This document shows, in pieces, positions 1 through 13,884 of a stretch of 64,000 nt of DNA. Below the pieces are notes generated by a model. That model ran no database searches, was not told where the DNA came from, and saw only the letters and a list, made by a program, of their open reading frames with translations. Both the position numbers and the translations under genes were made by a program. This DNA comes from Paramecium tetraurelia. Its lineage: Eukaryota. The DNA lies in the NCBI GenBank assembly GCA_000165425.1, contig CT867986.1:434001-498000 (forward strand), read 5' to 3'. Position 1 is the first letter of the stretch. Every line of letters begins with the position of its first letter.

Positions 1-1842
1 TTTCTTATATAAATTGATTTAAATTATCTAAATCTCTGTTATCAAATTCATTAGCTGAAATGTATTCATAAATCTCTTTGTTTAATTACCAATTGAATTA
101 ATTTGTTGTATAATACAATTCAGGGGTTTTACCTGATTGCAGCACACCCAAAAAGTTAGTCAATAGTTGTTTATCTTCAGTGTTTATTGATGAGGAATTA
201 ATTTGCTTTTAATCATATTATGAAAGGGTCTTAAGTATTGATAAAATACTAATTGTAGCCTCAGTTTTAGTATGTTTATCTGTAATATTCATATTTACAC
301 CTTCCTTAGAAACCAATGAGACTATAAACTTGAACCATTCAGTTCTACATAAATATTTCCAAAGCTATTCCTAGAAGAAATACCCTAATTAATAATAGTC
401 TATCTTAATATTAATGATACCTAGATATCATATATAAATACTCTCTAAAATTTAGGTTATCATAGAATTATAGATGTAGAGGCTCAATGAAAAATAAAGA
501 TTTAAATCTACTATTTATACTACACTTAACTTTGGTTGTCTCATTAATGTAACTTCAATGAGTTTTGCAACATGATTAAGATTCATATTATGGTTTTAAT
601 CATTAATAAATTCATAAACTCCATTAACTAAACGATCTAAATATTATTTTACAGATTTGAATGACATTTTATTTAACAAATTCATCAAAAAATTAAAAGT
701 TGTCCTCCTTAATCAAAACTTAAAGGGCCTTATATGAACGTATGGTTTCTTCTTGCTTCAAAGATTTTCCAATCAATTTATAATAAGTAGGATCATCATT
801 TTACATATTTACAGTAGAGTATTGAGCCTAATATTATGTTGGTATTTACCCATATTTTATGGAGTTCCACTTTTTCAGGTTAAGTAATGAATTTTAGAAT
901 TTCATCAAAATTTTCTGGTTTATTGAAAATCTCCTCTCTCTCAAGTATGTCATATGTGTTAGTTTCACAAAGCCATTTTTAAATTTAGATATCAATTTTC
1001 TCCTCTTGACTATCATCACTATCATAGTTTAAGGGATCATCAATCACTTAAAAAGTTATTTTAGAGTTTTTCTCTTGAGCGAAATCGGGTAATTTACTTG
1101 GACTTAATACATGATTTTATAAAAAGACTAATTTATAATTAGTTAATTACATTAGTCTATCTCTTCATAATATGTAGCTACCCATTAGCGATTTCCAAAA
1201 ATATCATTTTTACATTCGTCAAATATAGATATAATTTTTAATCTAAATTCTTGATCTTTTGTATTGATAATTAATATTTTGAATATCCTTGCCATCTTTT
1301 CTAAGTCCATTTTTAATTCGTTTGCCTATAAAAATAATTGTTTTAAGTATCGAGTACTAAACTTTTTGGCCATCAGTAATTTTTCTATTACTGCTTTTGC
1401 AAAAGACACATTTTGTGAACTCTTTCGTGAATCTACAGATGTATTTTACCTAGGATTATCAATTTTATTACATATTTGTAAGTCGTGATGATTTAAGAGA
1501 GAGTGATCTTTAACTTAATAGAGCTCTTTGTTCTTAGAGTTAAGCCACTTCAGAGCAAGCTTAGTGAAATGCAGAAATAAATTATCCATCCTTAAATCTA
1601 TCAAAGAGAATTGAAATAAGTAATTCCACACTGTGTTGTTAAAATGGATAAGCGCATATTACTTAGAATACTTTATTATATATATACATAACTTCAATGT
1701 CGAAATGTCTTTAAATTGTTTTTAATTAGGTAAAATCTGTGTGATCTCTTTTATTGCTATTGATAATTTCTATAATCTTATATATTCATCGTCTTCATTC
1801 AGCTACATTTGAATCAATAATTACAGCATGTTCTAAGTGCAT
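1..1842 (-). CDS. SAPS/PP6 regulatory subunit-like protein, paralog 1 (3' part runs off the window start)
   Basis: Code-6 ORF MHLEHA|LNEDDEYIRLQKL with a 22-nt intron. Contains NMNLNHVAKLIEVTLMRQPK...YIYNS (~460-600), homologous to blocks in the next two genes. SAPS assignment is by-eye similarity only. Confidence 0.55.
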
Positions 1843-1907
1843 TAGACAGGATTTATATTTGTGATTAAAATTATATATTATTATAATCAACAAATCTATC
1901 TACCAAA

Positions 1908-4900
1908 TCAAATTAATTTCCTTTAAGTTAATTCTGCCCTAGATGTTTGAACCCCTGGGTTAGTATTGGGTTCGCTTGTTTTTCTAAAATTACAAGATGC
2001 AAGCATACTTTTTTAAGGATACCAGCGAATTAACTTTATGATTTATTTAACTTTTTATTTTGATCAATTTTAAGTTCTTCTCTTCACTTTTCTTGACTAC
2101 TACTTTTTCCACTTGTTTTGGCTATTCTAAGTTGATCACTTAATCTGCATTTTTCAAAGCCATTTTGTTTTCAAATGGTTGAGCTGATTCAAGTTATTAC
2201 CACGAATCTAGTATACTTAGAGCACTTTGTAGATCACTTAAATTTCTCACTCTTATTGCATTTCGTATAATGTAGTTTATCAATAGAATATAAAAAAAAA
2301 TACCCTCTACATATGAAGTATCCTTTATTTCATTCTAATAAAGTTTTGTATATGCATTATACAAGGAACTCACTAGCCCTAATTTGAAGATAATATTCGA
2401 TAGGTAGGGCATAGGAGCTCCTGCAAAAAATATGCTAATAAATTTAGTAAAAACCTGTTAGTAGATTGTGTTCTGTTAACTATCCGAAAACCATATAATT
2501 ATTATATGAAGCATAGTGTCTGTTAAATTCCTGAAAACACTTCGAAAGACTTTATCTACCTTGATCATATAATTCTATCTATCATATAGTTGTAATCCAT
2601 TTGTCATTATAGAAACTAAAATATACTATTTAAAAGCGAAGGATGCTGAATCTATTTTAGATCTAATTGAGTTTAGCTTAACTATGCATTTAACTAAGTA
2701 ATCAATTATTAATTAAAACTGGTTTTTCAACAAATCCTTGTGGTTGTCGAAGATTTAGATATTTTTAACCTTTAAATAAAGATTATTTAATGAAAGTCCT
2801 GATTCAACAGATATTGAAGTTGGGTTATGAGGAATTTCCAAAATTGAGTACAAAAATACTTTAAATAAGTAATAAATATTCTTCTCTGTTATTATTGAGT
2901 ATGTTAGTTTATCAATATTGAAAATTTAAGTTTTAGACTATCTTTTTTAAATTTCTTATTGCTTTTCTGCAAAGTCAACTAATTAATTAAGCAGAAGAAT
3001 TAAAGTTCTTAAATGATTTTCAGACATATCATTATAATTAAAAACTGATTTTTCTCTTTCAAACTCTGATAAAAATATAATTGACTTAGTTGTAGGGTAG
3101 ATTTAAACGAGTTTACTACTTGGAAAACCATCATTTGAATATAAATCAATATCTTGTTCAGTTTTGATTCTTGTTTTAGATAAATGATAAGAAGCTTTAT
3201 TTCTTAGTCTCATAAATGTTTGTGTTTTAATGTTTCCAGAGCTTAATAAGTTATCTATATTTTAACTATAATTAATCTATTTATTGTCCACATCTTAACA
3301 AGAAATATTTGATTAAATTTTTGGTAAGTAAAAGATATTAGATTTTCTTTTGTAAAATACCTGAACTTTGCAAGTATTTTAGTTGATTGATATAGATGAT
3401 TGTCTTCTTAACAAATCATCTTCTCCTCTTATTAGCTATTCTTTCTTTTCATTTTAAAACACTTCTAAATTATCATAATCATTTCTAGACTGAATAGTAG
3501 GCTATTCTTAAATTTCTAAAGTCTCCTATCTCAACAACTTTTTTTACAGTTTCTATGGATCATAGATTGATAGAGCTTTAATAACTTAAAATGTCTCTTA
3601 GTATGCCTTTCATAAGTATTAATATTACTGCTTAATCAGGTGTTGGCGTATCTTAAACCAATTATGCATCAAATGAATAATTAGAAAGTAATTACAAAAA
3701 ATTAATTTAATGCAAGTAGGACCATAACTAGTCTAAATAATAAATTCCTAATTTGATAGCATCTTCGTTAACATTGATAATCTCAATCAATAGTTAATTT
3801 ATTGACGGATTATACAACATTTCTAAAAGTTTAGGAAATATTTTGAACTCAATAATTTATTTAACACAAAACTTGGGTTACAAATTGATTAAAAATTTTA
3901 ACAATATGGCCAGATGATGTAAATTGATGTTTTTTGTATCATCAAATAGGTTAATATGAATGAAGGCAACTAATTATTAATGATTTATTTACATATTTTT
4001 GTAAATATTTATGAATATTAAACCAATAATTTGTTAAAGTTATCCAAGTTTGTGAGTATTAATAGGGCTTTATAAGATCGAAGCACCTGATATTTGCTTA
4101 ATTGATAACTTGATCTTTATTTGAATATATTTTTATCCTTATCTATTATATCAGGCAAATTTGGATAGTTTTCAACCTATGCTGATCGAAATATAGATTA
4201 CCCAAAGAGAAGCTATTGAAATTTGAGCTGGATCTAAAACAAACTAAATCAAAATGTCTATATTATCAACTTCTTGAAAAACTGAACTATGTTATAATGG
4301 TTATTCTGGATCTTATGTAAAACATAAATTTTATAAATATAGACTAGGATCTTATTCATTTGAAATATAGGACCTTCTTCTATTTTATTGTTAATTTACT
4401 ATGATTTAGGTTTAACTGACAATCTCTGAATCAGAATCTTCTACAACTACAACTATTTGATATTTGGTGTAAGATGGAAATAATTTTGGACTGTTATTAA
4501 AAACTAAATCTATAAAAGTAACTTTACATGTAACTATTTCTTAACTAAATTAATTAACCCAATCACATTTGGAAAATATTGTGAATCTTAGGTCTTAAAA
4601 GCAATCCATCACATTTTCAAGCAATTTTTGATTAGATGAATTTTGAATAAGATTCTTAAACATTAGACAATAAAGTTAAAAGTCTAAGTGCAATTGATTA
4701 GCCAACTCAAAAAACTTCTTCAGGTAACTTACAGCAAACAGTTTAATTGTAATTATTTCCTGATTTACAGCTTAACTGAATTATTATCCCTCATTATTAT
4801 CCTTTGTTTTGCTTTGAAATTATGATTATTAAATACTTATTTAACCGTGATAACATAGTAATTCTTTACTTGAGTGTTTGAGTACTTGTTTCTTGAAGCA

Positions 4901-5262
4901 GAGAAATATTTGAAGCGGAAGCAAAGAAATTATTAATGAAACCAAAATCCTTAAAATGTTCAAAGCATGCAGAAATCAAAGATTCTATATTAGATTTTTA
5001 AAAGGGATATAAGCACATTACTAATATATTATTGAAATTTTGTTTACATTAAAACAAGAGTTTTGGATTAGCAAATGTTTTGGCTTAGGGTAAATTTTAG
5101 GTTATATATTTTATACCTTCTGTTATTTTTAATAACCTCAAGTACTCATCAGTTGCAATAAGCTAAAATATATAAACTAAGACATACAGCTTAGTCAAAC
5201 ACCAATGCTATGTTTGAATCTGGAACCAACTTTAAAGTTTAATCCCAATTAAAGCTTGTCAT
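1908..5262 (-). CDS. SAPS/PP6 regulatory subunit-like protein, paralog 2
   Basis: MTSFNWDQ...FDQA|LIATDEYLRLLKI. Blocks NINLHHLAILLKFLINLQPK...LYNPSI and RFSILRFQIV...IIWFSDSQQNTIYQQVFTKF resemble SAPS blocks (LGxxRxxIV; LFFxYxWNNFLH). Stop at 1908 assumes the 25-nt intron 1984-2008. Confidence 0.6.
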
Positions 5263-5529
5263 TTTATAAATTAAATATTTAATATATCATGAGACAAACG
5301 TTGTCATCTAGCAAAATTCAATCTATCATTTCGAAGAAATAATGCCAAAATTTTCAAAATATTTTTTAAGTTTATAAATTAAAAATTCTACACTTGTATC
5401 TAAGATGTCGATCTGTATGATATTTTTGAGATAAATATATTAATTTTATAAATTAAATAGATTATAATAGATAAATTCTAAATTAGATTTTTAAGTGATT
5501 ATTATAAACTTAGAATGACTAATATATGA

Positions 5530-8500
5530 TCAATTATCGGATTTTAGACTTGGTCTATTTCTTAACGACCTTTGGCTCAATTTATTTGACATTTTTTTTC
5601 CTTATTAAAGCACTTTAGGTGTAAAGGATTGCTTTTACTTTTCTAATTAAGCCTATTCAAATTATTTGATCTCCTTTAATTTACTATCAAAACAATCAAC
5701 AGTCAATTAAGATTTTAATTTTTCGAGTTTAGTTTTCTTTAATTAAATCTTTCTGATTGGGGTTTGTCCTGTTTTTAGCAGTTCTTACAATTCAATCATA
5801 TAATTGGAATCTTCATCAGGAATTAGTTTCTTAACGCCTTTCCAAGATTCTAAGGGTTGCAAATATTCTTATAAAATAATCATATTTCGATGATTAAGTG
5901 ACTTGTTTATCACATATACGATCATTCTTATATAAAAATAGACCCCTGGCTCAAAACAAGTGCTCTTCATGCCATTGACCCATAATGATTAAACAGCATT
6001 ATATATCGAATTTATTAATCCAATATTGAACAAAATATTGGTTAATGATGGCACTGGAGCCTTTGCAAATAAAATAGTTAAAAATTTAGTAAAGAAGTAC
6101 TAGTAGCAATTATTTTATTGACTATCAAAAAACCATATGATAAAGATATGCATTACAGTTTCATTTAAATGCTTAAAAATATTAGATGTGCTTGGTAACT
6201 ATGTATGGATGCTAAACAAATTGAATCCAAAAAAGTATGTTTATAATAGTAGTTATAATTAACACTTATTTACAAATTTTGATGACAATCTGATTTATTT
6301 ATTAATGGCCACTATTGCTCTCGTTAGATTATCTACATTAGCTAGAAACAAAGTTCTCAACTGCTCTCTTAATAATTAAAATAGTTCAATATGATGACTT
6401 TTGTAATATATTTAATTAATGAGTTGTCCACAAAGTTCTCCTATTTTTTACTGTTATACATTTTAATCAATTAAACTAGACAAATAAATTTCAAAGATGA
6501 AATTCAAAAAATTCATACTTAATATTTGTTGAATAAGAATTTATTCATTTAATTATTACAAATTTGTCTTATTAGGCTACTAAAAATAATCTAGTATTGT
6601 TCTGAGGATTTCACTAAAAAATCGTAAACAACTTTCAACCATGATTTAGTCTTATCGTTACACAGACTTTGATTATTCAAATTTAATTTATGCTTGTTTG
6701 GATGGATATATTGTTATCAGCCTACTACTAGAGAATCCATCATTTGATTAAATATAATTCATACCAATATCTTCACTTTCGGTTTTGAGTCTTCTTTAAC
6801 TAGCTAATACAAGTTTACTATTTTTAGGAGTTTATCCAAAACTACTTATATTTTTCGTATTAATTTCCCCTTAAGAACTAAAACTTTAGGCTACATTAAA
6901 TTTGGATTCAGAGTATTAATTGCTTGTATATATCGATGGTAATTTAATTGAACGGCTACTATTTGGCTAACTATCGCTTTAACTTTAAAATGAGGAGTTG
7001 TAGAATAAAAATTTGGAGTTAGACTTTGGTGATTATTAATGCATACTATTTGTTTAGGACATTCGAACTCTTGAAGATCTTTTTAATTGTATATTATCAA
7101 TCTAGATTTATATTTCTTATGAGATCTTTGTTTCCAATTATTATTTATACATTGAATCTCTCTGTTTAGTAAATTCCATGAGATTATCAAAATCTTAAGC
7201 CTTAAATTCATCCATTGTTAAGTGTTCTTTTATTTTTGAGTTCAATTTCCAATTTTCATAATCTTTGGTATTTTATTTCATCAAACTTTTGCCAGCTTAA
7301 AGAGATCCTAATAATTATGTTAATTTAATTTTATTTTCATCTGAATTTTTTGGTTTAGATATTTTCAGTTCTTTCTTAGACAATTCTTTGAGACTTTTTA
7401 CTATGAATTCCTAGAATAAATATTTATTATTACTATGTTTTCACTTTTCACTTAATACTCTAATTACTTTAAATCATTTTCTTTTTCGTATAATAGGTTT
7501 TATACCCACATAAACCAATCAGTAAAGAGTTAGTATTTCCAAATTTATTCAGTAAAAGGGAGTCCAAAATTATATTTATTGATTTAGATCTGATGGATGT
7601 CAATCAATAAACCCATGACTAAAGGATTATAAATATATCTTGACAATGTAAACAGTAGTTAGTTTTCTAAAATCAAAGCCATTGAACTTTTAGGAAAGAC
7701 AGTTAAAAAGGAATCTATCGCTAATGCTAAATGATTCAAATTTAAATTTCTATTTTTAATTTGAAATGCTTCTGAGGTTTACTTAACTAATTAATATTTA
7801 TTAATATTACAAAACATCTATAGGAAAATCTAATTATATAATTGCAGCTTTTCTAAATTCTACCTATGATGAAACATCTGAGCAGTTTTGAAGGATCTCA
7901 CTATGGCATGGAATTCAATTTTCTGATTTCTTATCTTTAAAGAAACTCCATCATCATTGATCTCTTCAATTGGATATTGATCTTTCTAAAAATATTAAAT
8001 TAAATAACCCAAAAGTCATCTAATATTTCTTCACTTGGATTTAGGAGAAAACTTATTAAAAGTAGTAAATTTTCATATTTAGATAAGATCTCTAATTGTT
8101 ATTATTCTATGATAAATTATTTTTATGCTATCCATTTTTATATCAACTCCTCCTCATCCATTAAAGATTACTTTCCACTAGCAGAATTTGAGTTAGACGA
8201 CAGATGTTATTATGATTCAGAATCTTTATCCTCTTCTGATTCGCTACCTGATGAATTTTACTCAATTTAACGATGCTTCTCTTGCTTTTCTATGTAATGA
8301 GGCACTAAGATATTGTGTTAAGCGCAATCTAAATGTCAAAAATTTAAATACATTATTCAATTTCATGATCAAAACGAACTACCCAACTTTAATCTCTTAG
8401 TTCAAATTATTTTAATTCGTCAAATGTGTTGATTAATAGGATTATAAAATGATGATCTCTAGTATTGACTACAAAATCCTTTATTATGTAGACTCTTTCT

Positions 8501-9354
8501 TTGATGTCTTAATTCAAAGATTTTGCCAATATTATGTATTTTTTAATAAAAGTAGCTGCAAACCTTTTTGCCACTGTCAATTACTCAATTACTGGTTTGG
8601 CAAATGGAATAGAACTTTATTTAAGTTGTTCGTTTCGTATATTCATATTATTATAACTAACTTCTAATTTAAATTACTACTTTTGCTGAAGTACACCAAT
8701 TCTAAGGGATGAAGATCGAGAGCTTAGAAACACTCTTTGCTCTTTCAATTAAGCTATTTCCAGTAAAGCTTTTTCAAAGGTGTTAAGAAAATCAATATCT
8801 TAAAAATAGTCGAAGATCGTATTCATCAATAATTATATTACTTCTTGCTAAAAGGGATAAGAACAAATCACTAAATAAATGATTAAGGTATTTTTACTGT
8901 ATTTCAAGATCTGCCAATTATTAAAAGTTTTAATCCTCATTATAGTCCCAGCTACCAATTTGATTGCATCACTAATTTTTGTTAATCTTTGATATTCATC
9001 TTCTTCTCCAAGCTATTAATTATATTACCAAATTTATATACTGCTTCTTCAAATAATAAAGGGTTCATCTCGATGATATGATAAAATACTTACTAAAATT
9101 ATTTATTATAACTTAATTACTAAAGTAATAATAAATTAATATGAAAAGATAATTACAAAACACCTTATGCTAACAATTACATTTAAGAAGAAATGATATT
9201 TTAAGAATGTTTATTTTTTGAATCCATGACTCTAATGAATTCTAATTGATTACAATCAATTTGTATAACTTTACTATGTTTGATAGCTTAGTGCATCCTC
9301 CTCTTTCAATTCTTGATTATTATTAATTTTTTGGTTTTACTTGGAATCAACCAT
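5530..9354 (-). CDS. SAPS/PP6 regulatory subunit-like protein, paralog 3
   Basis: MVDSKQNQKI start. Blocks NLNLNHLALAIDSFLTVFPK...YIYNPLV and FIIWFFDSQQNNCYQYFFTKFLTILFAKAPVPSLTNILFNIGL align with paralog 2. TGA at 5530-5532. Confidence 0.6.
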
Positions 9355-9430
9355 TATTGGTAACTTTTAAATTTTGTGACAAAATATTCAAGCTTATAAA
9401 AATTTTGAGTAAGAAATATAAATATTATAA

Positions 9431-10207
9431 ATGCAAATAGCTAAGCCAATTATTTATGGAACAATAGCAACTTGGCTTGGAAGAAGATCGGATGAAAAGA
9501 AAACACACTCATGGATTTGCTATGTTAGGGGGGCTAATAATGAGGACTTATCCTATTTCATTGATAAAGTGATATTTGTATTACATAGTTCATTTGAAAA
9601 TACAAACAGAGGTAAAATATATAATATTCATTTTAGTTGTATCTCAACATCCATTTGTAATTGCTGAAACAGGTTGGGGCTAATTTGATATCATAATAAA
9701 AGTATATTTGAAAGGAGATTATGATCAACCATTGATTGCAGTGCATCCATTAAAATTATATTAAAACTAAACACAAAATATCCCATTAACAAAAAAACCT
9801 GTTGTAAGTGAATAATACGATGAAATTGTCTTTATTAACCCTAAGGTAATGGATCAAAACTATCATAGCCTGAACTCTTAGAAATATTAAATGCCAAGCC
9901 TAACTAAGAAAATAATTAAGTAGAAGAGGAAGTTCAAGTTGATTAAAAAGAGCCTGATTTTGAACAAATGACTCCTGCTTAAATATTAAAATACAATCAA
10001 CCCAATTTCACAGTGTTTGACATAAATGAATCTAAGGCAACAATTGAAAAGGCTATTTAAATTGTAAGTCAAGACATATTAGCTGATTATAAAAGAAAAG
10101 TATCATAAATATTAATTAATTAGAATCATCAATTAGACACAGAAATCTAAGAATTGTAAATTGAATATGAAAATTTGCAAAACAAATTATCCCAAACACA
10201 ATAATGA
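9431..10207 (+). CDS. YAF9: YEATS-domain protein (Yaf9/GAS41 family)
   Basis: KPIIYG...THSWICYVRG...DLSYFIDKVIFVLHSSF...HPFVIAETGWGQFDI, C-terminal coiled coil, three tiny introns. Confidence 0.9.
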
Positions 10208-10659
10208 GTTTTATTTTTATATAATCATTCTGTTGATTATCATTGCAAAAATTTCATCTTTTTTAAATATAATATAATAATAATGATAGCTTCAATTATT
10301 TTCAATTTGCTTATAAATCCTTACTAAAAACTATATATTGTAATGAAGTTAGTGTGAATAAAGTTCATATATTTCTCATATTTATTTATTATACCTTCTC
10401 TCAATATTTTTCTTTCTTAATCTACATTATTTAGAGTAGCATTTATATAAATTCTAAAATTGAGTGTTTAATTGATTTTACTTTTTTCTTTATCATTATA
10501 ATTCAAATTTCTTACATCTTAGAACACAATCACAAGAGTTCTGTGAAGAATGTGTATGTTATTCTTAATTTAAAAATGAAATACATAAATACAGATTATT
10601 ATTTAAAATTAATAATCTATGGGGTTTTATAACATTTTATTTTATTTATGATATGACTC

Positions 10660-12084
<1,425 letters not shown>

Positions 12085-12645
12085 TTAAAAAGATATTTTT
12101 AATCTATATATATAAAATTTATGTATATTAATTTCTCAACACTCCTATTACAATAAGATTTTATTCTAAAATTTAGATATTGTATATATTTATTATTAAC
12201 TCTAAACTTTATATTCTTAATAAATGCATTCCTTTTATTTTATAGGTTTTCAACCTTCCTACAACATTATCAATCAACTTAAATTTATTTTGAATTATGT
12301 GTTTACATTCCTTCTTATATATCAAACATTCTCAAATAAATTGAATATCAAATTTTATTAGTATTAACTTCAGTATTTAAAGAGGACTTAAAATTAGTTG
12401 AAAAAACTTAATACTACTATACTAATACACGATATAATATTGTTATTTTACAAGATAACAAACTATATTCATTTTTAACAAAAATAGTGCTCAATAATGT
12501 TTCTCCTAATTTTTTACTTTTTCAATATATTAAGGTCGATTATTAAGAGAGAAAAAGATTGATTTTGAAAGAGTGTAGAATTTATAAATATTCCAATACT
12601 ATGTGTTAGTAGTGTGACATTTTTTGCAGTTAATTTAATTACTTT

Positions 12646-13360
12646 ATGAATTAATGTATCAATAAATTATTAGGGTCTCTTGATCACTTATACGAAGCCT
12701 TGTTTCAGAAAATAATTGAATTATTTGCCAGGCGAGGAATCATTAGACCATTAATTAGAAGACCAGCAGTGCCAGTCATAGAACTATAACCAATTGATCA
12801 TTCATTAAGATAACCATTAGTTTTACACTCTTGTACTTCAACACCTGTGTTCACTTAAAGCTAGACTATTTATCGTAGAGCAGAATCAGAGAAGGATTTT
12901 AGAAAATGCATGATACCGAAGTATATAATTGAATTAATCAAGTCTAGGCGACACAATATATAAAGTGGATTCCTATTCTAGAGATGTCAGTTTGTTAAAT
13001 TTGTTTGAGGATAAACAGGAACAATGTTAAACTTTGAATCTATAGGATAACCATTAAAAAGGTCACAAATTGTAAACAATAATTGAGGAAAATAAAATTT
13101 AATAAAATAGCCATGAAGGATGTCAAAGTCAAAATTAATCATAATAATTCATAAAACACTAGCAATAGTAATAAGATTGGGCGCTTTAAAATGAAAAATA
13201 ATAGTTACCAATTGCAAATCTTTAAGATTAAGATGAAAATGAGTAGTTTTACTCGATAATTGAAAATCCAGTCAAAATTACGCAGTCAGAATAATATTTT
13301 AGTATTATAGATAGAAGTTCATTTCGAAACAGTTTTAATAATTAGTATACTAGGAAGTGA
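12646..13360 (+). CDS. Hypothetical low-complexity Q/N-rich protein
   Basis: Code-6 ORF MNQCINKLLGSLDHLYEALF...QYTRK* with one ~22-nt intron; no recognisable domain. Confidence 0.45.
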
Positions 13361-13884
13361 CTCAATTAGTTTATATTTATATTGTTAAATAAATAATTTT
13401 GATAACTAATGAATAGATTTAGTTCAAGGTTCAGTTTAAAAATCATTAAAACTATCATATTAATCATTTAAATGAAGAAATGCTGTACTCCTTAATGATA
13501 GAAAACTTAAGTCTAGTCAAATGTACAGCATTTTGAGTAGTATTAATAAACCTACTCATCTAATAACTATTACTCTGATAATAGGATTGATAATCCCCAA
13601 TGATGAGGCAATGTGATATTAAACTATAACAAAAAATTCAAACTTCTTAATATAATGGTATCGATAAAGTATTTCAATTTAGATTTCGAAAAATAATATG
13701 TTGAGAATAAGTTATTATGTGTATATTGTAATATGATTATGAAGATTAAATAAATGAGTGGAAGCCTCAGTATGAATTAAAATTAATTATTTATATAAAA
13801 TGTAGGAAAAGGTGAATCACAATAAAATTTAAATTTTGTAATTCTTATTCTTTCATCACTAAAATTAAATGAGATATTATTTAT

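Noticed and set aside
13389..13860. Short coding-looking stretch upstream of the E1 gene
   Set aside because: All frames hit TGA early; no defensible model.
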